A stretch of 26,721 bases of DNA from Sphaerodactylus townsendi (taxonomy: Eukaryota), in the NCBI RefSeq assembly GCF_021028975.2. It is one part of the record NC_059439.1 of this genome. One strand, 5' to 3'. Under the pieces are notes generated by a model. It had not been told where the DNA came from. It was given only the letters and a program-made list of their open reading frames with translations, and did no database searches. This document shows, one piece after another, positions 1 through 8,963 of the stretch (positions within the stretch are counted from its first letter, which is position 1; every line of letters starts with the position of its first letter). A program made the translations under genes and the position numbers.

Positions 1-876
1 GGCACTTAGACTTCTGCTTTTCAACCCTCCCCCTTAAAATCTGTATACTTCAACCTTGACATCAGCCTTATTGAGTTCAGTACTATGTAAAGATGCCCTC
101 CGTGCCTTAACCTGTAGATTTGCCAGATCATGGCAGTCTGTGGCAATCTTTATTGCCTGCGACCATGCCTTGCAGCCAGGAAAGACGTGGGAAGGCCCCA
201 TGTCATGTGCACTGTGACATCACTTCCAGGGGAAAAAAACACAGAAAAGAAGGCACGCCACTCTAGGAATTGCCGGAAACTCTGTTGTAAACCATTTCCT
301 CCAGTTAGCTCAGGGGAAGTATACCTGGTTCTCCCTTCCCTATTTGATTGTCACATCAGCCCTGTGAGGTAGGTTAGGTTGAGAGCAGTTACTTGGCAAC
401 AAAACAAAGGCAGAAGGGGAAGATGGCAACAATCTTCCGTCGCAAGAAGATGTAGGAAAAAGAAAAGGGCATTGGGGCCAACCGTAAGTAGCTTCCATCA
501 ACCACTGGCGTTCCATTCTGGGAATGCCGCCATCGGATCCCCTTTGTGTGGAGTAAGCCTGTTTGGGCTATGAGGCAATTGTGTCAGCAGGAGGGCTTTC
601 AAATGACCCTCCTTTCCATAGTTTCCAGCGCCACCTTTGTCGCGCTGTCCCCACCTGTCTCCACATTCTCCCCCCCCCCCCGCAAAATCTGGATCGCACT
701 GTTAATCATACCACTGCAGAAAATTATGAATGAAATAAGCAAAGAGAAAGTATTGCCCTCCAACATTATTACTGTGTATTGTCGAAGGCTTTCACGGCCG
801 GAATCACTGGGGTGCTGTGTGGTTTCCGGGCTGTATGGCCGTGTTCTGGCAGCATTCTCTCCTGACGTTTCGCCTG

Positions 877-1141
877 NNNNNNNNNNNNNNNNNNNNNNNN
901 NNNNNNNNNNNNNNNNNNNNNNNNNNNNNNNNNNNNNNNNNNNNNNNNNNNNNNNNNNNNNNNNNNNNNNNNNNNNNNNNNNNNNNNNNNNNNNNNNNNN
1001 NNNNNNNNNNNNNNNNNNNNNNNNNNNNNNNNNNNNNNNNNNNNNNNNNNNNNNNNNNNNNNNNNNNNNNNNNNNNNNNNNNNNNNNNNNNNNNNNNNNN
1101 NNNNNNNNNNNNNNNNNNNNNNNNNNNNNNNNNNNNNNNNN
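877..1141. other. Assembly gap (other gaps: 4524-4791, 15095-15379, 17854-17991, 24386-24560)
   Basis: Runs of N, mostly next to repeat ends. Confidence 0.99.
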
Positions 1142-1414
1142 CCGCCCCATCCCCGAAGGGCAAACAAAAGCAACAGTACAAAATAGTTAAAACATTAAAA
1201 GCAGCCGTAATTAATAATTATCAGGAAAATGAAAATAAGAGTGGGTCCAACATCCTAATTTCAAAATTCCCTCCCCCCCCCCAGAGGGTGGCATGGGGGC
1301 CTCGGTAGATGACCAGTGACCCAGATGTCAGGGTCAAACGAGGACCAAACAAGGAGCCAAACAGGGGGGGGCACCACATCAGCGGCCGGTACCTCCAAAG
1401 GCCCGACGGAACAG
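1142..1414 (-). mobile_element. L2-like LINE 3' fragment
   Basis: Shares CATCCCCGAAGGGC, an A-rich tract and a CCTCCAAA-GCCCG-GGAA-AGC segment with the L2 fragment at 2213-2710. Confidence 0.55.
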
Positions 1415-1783
1415 CTTCAGAGGATCATGAAGATGCCAGCCACAGAGGCAGGCGAAACGTCAGGAGAGAATGCTGCCAGAACACGGCCATACAGCCCAGA
1501 AACCACACAGCACCCAAATTATTACTGTGTTGTATAGGGTATCATATGATTTAGGCGAAGATCTATTATGATAATCATCGTTTCATACCATGATATCCCT
1601 ATTTACTGTTCAAAATGGTTGCTATCCTCTTTTATTGTTTGTTATATTATATAAATAAGAAATACCAAACTTAAATTGGCTGCCAGTGTGTATTGGAACT
1701 CTGCCATTAGATACTGGAGAGGGTTTGGGATGCACAGAGATGTAATAGGTCCACTTGAGCCAGCACATGATCTCCAACCAAGA

Positions 1784-2782
1784 GTCATAGAATCATAGAG
1801 TTGGAAAAGACCCCCAAGGGCTATCAAGTCCAACCTCCTGCCATGCAGGAACACATAACCAAAGCACTCCTGACAGATGGCAGAGAAATTGGATTATTGC
1901 CACAATTAATGATCGATGCACAAGGGGACAATTGCAATACAAGAGGCATGTGATCACTCCAAACTTGAGGGGAGACCACAACCTTATCAATAACATTAAA
2001 ATCCTGACAGATGACCATCCAGCCTCGGTTTAAAAAGCTCCAAAGAAGGAGACTCCACCACACTCCAAGGTAGTGCATTCCACTGTCGAACAGCTTACTG
2101 TCAGGAAGTTCTTCCTGATGTTAGGGTGGAATCTCTTTTTCTTCACCTTGAACCCATTCCTCCTGGGCCTAGTCTCTGGAGCCGCAGAAAACAAGCTTGC
2201 TCCCTCACCAATATTCATTCATTCATTCATTCATTCATTCATTCATTCATTCATTTATTTATTTATTTATTTATAGGCTGTCTCATCCCCGAAGGGCTCG
2301 AGGCGGCTCACAACATGACTGTTTCCAGAACAGTAAATCAATATAACATAAAATCTAACTCATTAAAATTCAGCAGCAATTAAAACAATAAATACAGATT
2401 AAACAACAAGGTTGTGTAAAAACACACACACAGGCGCCCGGTCTAAAGGCCAAAGGAGAAGGGAGGAGAGGCAGGGCCCAGGATGGAATCAGGGCCCTAC
2501 CAGGATGGAAAAGGCAGCTTAGTTCTGGTTTCAGTGGGGGGCAATAGAACCGCGGCCAGCCCCTCCAAAAGCCCGGTGGAATAGCTCCATCTTACAGGCC
2601 CTGCGGAATTCACCAAGGTCCTGCAGGGCCCGGACAGCTGGAGGTAGAGCATTCCACCAGGCAGGGGCCAGAGCCGTAAAGGCCCTGGCCCGGGTTGAGG
2701 CCAGCCGCATATGACATCCCTTCAAACATCTAAACATGGCTATCATGTCACTCTTAACCTTCTCTTCACCAAACTAATCATA
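1784..2782 (-). mobile_element. CR1 LINE 3' fragment, split by a ~122-bp insert (1880-2001) and an L2 insert (2213-2710)
   Basis: CATAGAATCATAGA is the reverse complement of the CR1 (ATTCTRTG)n tail. The minus-strand translation MIAMFRCLKGCH / IGEGASLFSAAPETRPRRNGFKVKKKRFHPNIRKNFLTV matches the CR1 ORF2 C-terminus. Confidence 0.85.
2213..2710 (-). mobile_element. L2 LINE 3' end with (ATTC)n(ATTT)n tail, nested in CR1
   Basis: RARAFTALAPAWWNALPPAVRALQDLGEFRRACKMELFHRAF resembles the L2 ORF2 C-terminus. Microsatellite tail at 2213-2274. Confidence 0.75.
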
Positions 2783-3549
2783 TGCAGTCCATGTGGCACA
2801 CTGCACGGTGTACCGGCTGTCAAGCGCATGCAGCTGCCTCATAAGGATTCAGGCAGTTTGCTTCTTGGCTTGAGAACCTTGCTGGGTCACCATAAGTATT
2901 GATGGTGCGTTCCACCACCACCTTGTTAATAACATCTCACTGAGCCTCTATTAAGGTCCCAGGACATCTCCACCCCCTACCCTCTGTTGGCAACACAAGG
3001 CTGATGGATGAATGCCCGGCAGTTGCCCATCTTCCCTTTGATGTGCTCGTGAATGCTACTTACTAGGGTTGTTGCCAGTTAGAGATGGGCCTGGGACCTG
3101 CAGGAGATACCTCATGCAGTGACTCATCTGTTTCCTCCCTTTTTTGCAATGTACAAAAATATAATCGCTCTTCAGAGGGAGATCATATCTGGCGTTCTTT
3201 CCGGCAGCAGACTGGCAGCCACTCCAGCCAGTCAGTTCGAGACTGTGGATGATCTTTCTGTCACTGGCTGGGATGGCTCAGTGTGATCCCATTTCAAACC
3301 CTGATAGCTTTATGTTCTACTCGTGCTCTGCAACCAGGTGGGGCTTGGAGATCTTCAGAATTTGTAGCTGATCTTCAGACTACAAAGATCAGTAGCCTGG
3401 GAGAAAATGGCTGTTTTACAGTAGGCACTCTATGGCAGTTTACAGGTGCATACCCTGTAGAGGGCCCACCTCACCCTAAACCTTGTTGTCACCAGGTTCC
3501 ACTCACAAACCTTCAGAAGTTCTCCAACCCTAAGGTGATCATCCTAGAG

Positions 3550-3697
3550 CAGGGGTAGGGAACATGCGGCTCTCCAGATGTTCAGGAACTACAATTCCCA
3601 TCAGCCCCTACCAGCATGGCCAATTGGCCATGCTGACAGAGGCTGATGGGAATTGTAGTTCCTGAACATCTGGAGAGCCGCAGGTTCCCTACCCCTG
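3550..3697. mobile_element. Near-perfect palindromic hAT (Charlie-like) MITE
   Basis: CAGGGGTAGGGAAC...GTTCCCTACCCCTG, self-complementary around GGCCAATTGGCC. The flanks TCCTAGAG/GGCTAGAT fit the NNCTAGAN target preference. Confidence 0.85.
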
Positions 3698-3810
3698 GGC
3701 TAGATCTTAGTCCTGGGGTCTCTTTAAAAAATGGTTTAGGCCTAGAAAGTGTGATAATTATGGTTTCCTAGAGCATATAGACTAGAGAGTGTTTGTCCCA
3801 TCATTACTGA

Positions 3811-3985
3811 TATGTAGCGTTTAGAGTACCGCAGTAAAACTGGGATGACCCAGATTCAAATCTCTACTTAGCCATGCAGTTCGAAACCATTTGTTCCGTG
3901 ACTAACCTGGTGGCCCAACCCACCTCGCAGGGTTGTTGTGAAGGCAGAATGTGCAAATGGAAAGCAAAGTACGAGCTCCCTGCAT
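3811..3985 (+). mobile_element. Degraded MIR/Squam3-like tRNA-derived SINE
   Basis: Eroded A/B boxes and a CCCAACCCACCTCGCAGGGTTGTTGTGAAGG core like that of the younger SINE copies. Confidence 0.5.
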
Positions 3986-4164
3986 GAAGGGGGAGACAAA
4001 AGTGTCAACAATGAGGGGCAGAACTACACCTGGCCCATCCCTCGTACATGTTTGATGATGTTTAAAGGGTTCCTAGAGCAGGAGGCAAAGTATAAGGGCT
4101 GCCCTTCCTCATCCTAGCCAGTGAGTCAATTTGCTTAAAAGCATGAGCAGTTGTGTAGCAGTAA

Positions 4165-4183
4165 TGTGTGTGTGTGTGTGTGT
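4165..4183. repeat. (TG)n microsatellite
   Basis: Direct dinucleotide repeat. Confidence 0.95.
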
Positions 4184-4202
4184 TTAAAGTGGCAACAAGT
4201 CA

Positions 4203-4343
4203 GGCCCCTTCCGCACACGCAAAATAATGCGTTTTCAAACCACTTTCACAACTGTTTGCAAGTGGATTTTGCTATTCCGCACAGCTTCAAGGAGCACTGA
4301 AAGCAGTTTGAAAGTGCATTATTCTGCGTGTGCGGAATGAGCC
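4203..4343. mobile_element. ~140-bp MITE, PIF/Harbinger-like
   Basis: Imperfect TIRs GGCCCCTTCCGCACA...TGTGCGGAATGAGCC. 3-bp TSD TCA (4200-4202 and 4344-4346). Related copies at 6207, 8012, 8732, 14317 and 22691. Confidence 0.8.
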
Positions 4344-4791
4344 TCAGAGCCAATTTATAGCAATCCCAGCAAGGGGTTTTGAAGCGAATGAGAAGGAGAT
4401 GGGGTTTGCCATGGTCTTCCTCTGCAGAGCCTCCCCTCCAAGTGCCCACCCTGCTTGGCTTCCAAGACCTGCTAAGTTCTGCTAAGACAGGACTATACCA
4501 TGTGACCTACCCTCCTATCTACANNNNNNNNNNNNNNNNNNNNNNNNNNNNNNNNNNNNNNNNNNNNNNNNNNNNNNNNNNNNNNNNNNNNNNNNNNNNN
4601 NNNNNNNNNNNNNNNNNNNNNNNNNNNNNNNNNNNNNNNNNNNNNNNNNNNNNNNNNNNNNNNNNNNNNNNNNNNNNNNNNNNNNNNNNNNNNNNNNNNN
4701 NNNNNNNNNNNNNNNNNNNNNNNNNNNNNNNNNNNNNNNNNNNNNNNNNNNNNNNNNNNNNNNNNNNNNNNNNNNNNNNNNNNNNNNNNNN

Positions 4792-5064
4792 CCACCTTTC
4801 TCTCCTGTAAAGAGACTCGAGGTGGTTTACAAGCTCCTTCCCCTCCCTCTCCCCACAACAGACACCTGTTGAAGTTGGTGGGGCTGAGAGAGTTCAGAGA
4901 GAACTGTGACTAGCCCAGGGTCAACCAGCAGGAATGCAGGAGTGCGGAAACAAATCTGGTTCACCAGATAAGCCTCTGCCACTCAGGTGAAGGAGTGGGG
5001 AATCGAACCCGGTTCTCCAGATTAGAATCCACCTGCTCTTAACCACAGCACCACGCTGGCTCTC
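4792..5064 (-). mobile_element. Squam3-like tRNA-derived SINE
   Basis: The minus strand starts GAGAGCCAGCGTGG and has B box GGTTCGATTCC. The body is shared with about ten copies in the window. Confidence 0.85.
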
Positions 5065-5414
5065 CAAAACTTAGCCCATCATAATGGACGTTCCTATTGC
5101 AAGTCATAATTGCTGGGTTTGAAAAGTTTGAATCGGCCTCCCCTGATCCCAGCTGTGGTTAGTCAGCGGCAAGTAACAGGTGCGCCAGACCTGCTGAGGA
5201 ACACTCCTGTTCTTGCAATACCAACCAGAACTGTGTGCAAGCATTAAACAATTGGTTCGGGTCCCAGTCCATCTCGCCAGTCTCTAATCCAGCCCTGCGA
5301 AACCCCTTCCTCTTTATTGCTCTCATCGATGTCCCATCAAGGAGACCTGTGAAGAACCCCCCATCCCGGCTGAACCCCCCCCCACATCTTATCATCAGGA
5401 CCAGCTGTCTTGAC

Positions 5415-5630
5415 ACTCACCCTCTCCTCTTGGCTTACAAATCTCTTCGTCTCCAGCCGCAGGTGCACGAGTTCTCCAGCCGCCTGTGTCTCCAGCTTTT
5501 TCTCATCTAACTGATCTCCTCACCTTTCTGAGAAGCGACTTTCAGTGGAAGTGGTTGGCTTGTTTATCTTTTTTTTTTCGGCTGTGTCTCCCCCCCCCTT
5601 CCCCGCCCCCAGCTCCAAGAGGAAGTTCTT
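5415..5630 (-). promoter_or_regulatory. Putative myeloid-type promoter and non-coding first exon of a gene lying to the left
   Basis: PU.1-like AAGAGGAAGT 5617-5626, GC box CCCCGCCCC 5601-5609, ETS GGAAGT 5547-5552, and a minus-strand donor AGG|GTGAGT at 5421/5420. The sequence is not a recognisable repeat. Confidence 0.35.
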
Positions 5631-5874
5631 CGAAGTTGCAGAAGAGTTGAGTAACTGGTGGCAAGAAAGGGAGTTGAGTTACCAAGGAGGCCGAGAGTGC
5701 AAACTAGGAAAGTCTGGGGTCCGGCAAAGACTCTCCGTTTCGGCACTGAACTGAACAAATGACGTATTTCTGAGGATCTAAGGAGAGTCTTGAAGAAATC
5801 TCCCTTTATCTCCTATTTTAGTGGCCTTCAAGGCACAGGGAAGGACCCTCAGGTAGGCTTCAGAGTCCTCATAT

Positions 5875-6010
5875 CAGTGGTGGGATTCAGCCGGTTCGCA
5901 CCACTTTGGCAGAACTGGTTGTTAAAATGGTCCTTGTAAACAACCAGTTGTTAGATTATTTGAAACTCACCACCAGAACCAGTTGTTAAATTATTTGAAT
6001 CCACCACATG
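5875..6010. mobile_element. Small hAT-like MITE with a duplicated right end
   Basis: CAGTGGTGGGATTCA...TGAATCCACCAC. The AACCAGTTGTTA(G/A)ATTATTTGAA unit occurs twice. TIR related to 19563-19967. Confidence 0.7.
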
Positions 6011-6206
6011 CAGCTTCCACCAAATGTTTCTCCCTGTCCTTTGGAAGCACCTGGTCACATATGGAGAACCAGTTGTCCTTTCCGCACAAGTCACTTGAAA
6101 CGTTTCTAAAATGTTCTCAGTCCCCTCCCCCTTATCATGACACATGTCCTCGCTCACCCCCTTGAAACGATTCATGGCTGCCATTATGTGCTTTTTCCTT
6201 TTCTGA

Positions 6207-6347
6207 GGCTCATTCCTTACACACAGAATAATGCACTTTCAAACTGCTTTCAGTGCTCTTTGAAGCTGTGCGGAATGGCAAAATCCACTTGCAAACAGTT
6301 GTGAAAGTGGTTTGAAAACACATTATTTTGCATGTGCGGAAGGGGCC
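6207..6347. mobile_element. Harbinger-like MITE (reverse orientation of 4203-4343)
   Basis: Near reverse complement of 4203-4343. Confidence 0.85.
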
Positions 6348-7085
6348 TTGATTCGTTGTTGGAAGGAAGCATTGATTCGTTGTTGAATCAATGCTTCCAT
6401 CTTTCCCAGCTTCTCGCTGCGATTCTCTATACCTCATATAGAGAAAGCCTCAAAGATTGCGCCCCCCAAAAACAAACAAAATGGTAAAAATAAACAGGCC
6501 GGGGGGTGGGGATGGAATGAGCTGAGAAAATGGTGCCAAGGAGGACGTTTCGGGACAGCGTAGAGGTGTGGAAAACATAGCAAATAGATCGCATAGCAAT
6601 TGAAGACGTTTTGAAAACATTTCAACCAAAGAATCGTCGACAAAGGAGATCCCTTGAACATGTTTGAGGCTGGAAATAAAATGTTTTTGGGATGTAAAGG
6701 GGGAAAAAACCCAGTGGGAACTCCACAGAGGCAATGTTAGATTTCCTGCCTCAGAACGTTTAATTTGGTTTAGTGGGTCCATAGCTACTATCTGCTGTTA
6801 AAAAGAACTGGTTGGGCAATTCCTTTTCAGATCTCATCTACTGGCCCCTGAAAGGTCCTAAGGGTCAGAGCGTTTTTTAAAACATCCCCGGAAGTCTTCA
6901 TCGTACTGGATGTTACATTAACAAAGAAAAAGGGATGGTGGGGCAGGGTGGAGGAATTAATTTAAAAAAACCCAGCTTGTAATTTGTAGTAACTTGAAAC
7001 GCAGCAAGTGTTATACAGATGGAATTTGCTGTGATTTTGCCTGAGGTAAATCAACTCTACGACTGCTGCGTTAGGTGTTAGGACA

Positions 7086-7379
7086 AAGAGAAGAGGAGTT
7101 TGGATTTATACCCCACATTTCTCTCCTATAAGAAGACTCAAGGTTCTTTACAAGCTCCTTTCCCTTCCTCTCCCCACAACAGACACCTTGTGAGGCAGGT
7201 GGGGCTGAGAGAGTCAGCGAGAACCGTGACTAGCCCAAGGTCACACCCAGCAGGAATGTAGGAGTTGGGAAACACATCTGGTTCACCAGATAAGCCTGTG
7301 CCACTCAAGTGGAGGAGTGGGGAATCAAACGCGGTTCTCCAGATTAGAATCCACCTGCTCTTAACCACTATACCACGCT
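7086..7379 (-). mobile_element. Squam3-like SINE
   Basis: Highly similar to 4792-5064, with a (CTT)-type tail. Confidence 0.85.
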
Positions 7380-7729
7380 TGGTAGTTTCCCTTGGCTGAT
7401 TGTGATGGGGACCCTAGATATAAATAGCAGGGATTTTTTTAAATAATAAATTTACTTTCAGGTCAGAACAGGCTATATATTTGAATAAACAGCGGGTGTG
7501 AAGGTCGAGCTAGAAAGTGTGACACAACGTGCCTCCCCCGGGATATTCTAGTTTGGCCACCTTTTTCCCATAAGTCTCCTTTGCTTTTATTGGCTACGTG
7601 GCAGGCAGAAATTCCCAGAGGTGGGGCAGCTTTCCCTAGCATGGTGATGCACTTTCCAAGGGAATTTCTGCCTACTCATCAGCCATTTGGAAGGTGTGAA
7701 TGTAGTTCTTTTTGCATGACTTGGACCTG

Positions 7730-7945
7730 TAGGCAGGGAAGGTTAGGAAAGGCAGGGAAGGTTAGGAAAGGCGAGAGCCTTGCATGAACCAACCTTGCTC
7801 CAGGGTGGTGACACAGCGTCCCCTGGCGCTGGTCTGGTGCCGGAATGTGACTCAGAGCGCGTTCACTTCCTGTTGTGGCACTGAGAACGTTCAGCAAGAG
7901 ACGGTGTGCAAGAGACGCCTTGAGCGTTCAGCAAGAGACGCCTTG
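7730..7945. repeat. Short tandem duplications
   Basis: AGGCAGGGAAGGTTAGGAA occurs twice (~7731-7770). CGTTCAGCAAGAGACG / GCAAGAGACGCCTTGAGC units occur at 7888-7948. Confidence 0.8.
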
Positions 7946-8011
7946 AGCCAGGAAGATAAGTTGCATCAAGGAAGACTTCCCAGTCGCAAGAGAGAATTCC
8001 CTCTCCTGTAA

Positions 8012-8141
8012 GGCCCCGTCTGCGCATGCAGAATAATGCACTTTCAATCCACTTCCACAATCGTTTGCAAGTGGATTTTGCTATTCCGCACAGTAAAATC
8101 CAGCGGCAAGGTGGATTGAAAGTGGATTGAAAGTGCATTAT
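8012..8141. mobile_element. Harbinger-like MITE, second subfamily, right TIR truncated
   Basis: GGCCCC...GCAGAATAATGCACTTTCAATCCAC...GTGGATTGAAAGTGCATTAT. Confidence 0.75.
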
Positions 8142-8833
8142 AATCCAGTTCTCTGGATTATAGTCCTCCACTAACCACTACATTCTGCTGACTGCAAAGA
8201 ACACTAGGATGATATTTATGAAATGCTTCGAATCCCGAAAGGAGTATATAATTTCTAAATGTTATTGTTTTGCAACTATTTAGATTTATAACTCAGCTCT
8301 TCCCCCTGTAAACACCCCCCCCAAATCTGTTTGCATAAAAATGTAGGCATATGGGTATAAAACAGGTGGTTTATTGCAAACAACCCAAGACAAATAATCA
8401 CAGACGATTCACGGACATGGAGGATCTTCAAACACGATCGCTGTTCTGCAGATGGCAGGAAGGTTGTGCACATTCCTCAGTCAAAAATGCAAACCTCTTT
8501 TGGACCGCGCAACTAGCTGATAATCCAGGAATCTCATGCAGATGCTAGCTGAATAGATCGGCCAATGATTTGTCCCACGGGCATATCCATAGTCTGTTGT
8601 AGCTTATCACTAACAAAGAAGGTTAGAAATACTCCGGAGACTACCCGAAAAATGTGGAATGTTATCGGCAGGAAGCTACCTCAATTGGTCACATCGTTAA
8701 AAAACAATCAGTTAAACATTTACAAATTATAGGCCCCTTCCGCATATGCAGAATAATGCACTTTCAATCCACTTTCACAATTGGCATGCTGTGTGGTTTC
8801 CGGGCTGTATGGCCGTGTTCTAGCAGCATTCTC

Positions 8834-8876
8834 TCCTGACGTTTCGCCTGCATCTGTGGCTGGCATCTTCAGAGGA
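8834..8876 (-). ncRNA. Minimal type I hammerhead ribozyme motif (mirror copy)
   Basis: Exact reverse complement of 8921-8963. Confidence 0.75.
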
Positions 8877-8920
8877 TCTGAAGATGAGGATCCTCTGAAG
8901 ATGCCAACCACAGATGAGGA

Positions 8921-8963
8921 TCCTCTGAAGATGCCAGCCACAGATGCAGGCGAAACGTCAGGA
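8921..8963 (+). ncRNA. Minimal type I hammerhead ribozyme motif
   Basis: TCCT-CTGAAGA-T-GCC-[13 nt]-GGC-GAAA-C-GTC-AGGA. It has the CUGANGA and GAAA boxes, stem I TCCT/AGGA, stem II GCC/GGC, a palindromic ACGT stem III and a GUC cleavage triplet ending at 8959. Confidence 0.75.

Larger units (their letters stand above)
777..1517. mobile_element. Palindromic Penelope-like element (inverted pseudo-LTR arms), interrupted by a gap and an L2 fragment
   Basis: The left arm 777-876 (TATTGTCGAAGGCTTTCACGGCCGG...GACGTTTCGCCTG) and the right arm ~1423-1515 are reverse complements over their shared part. ATTATTACTGTGT is repeated at 765-777 and 1518-1530 (TSD). Same family as 8784-9046. Confidence 0.75.

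Noticed and set aside
8878-8946. CRISPR-like repeat array
   Set aside because: Vertebrate DNA. These are ~30-bp tandem stutters with no unique spacers and no cas genes.
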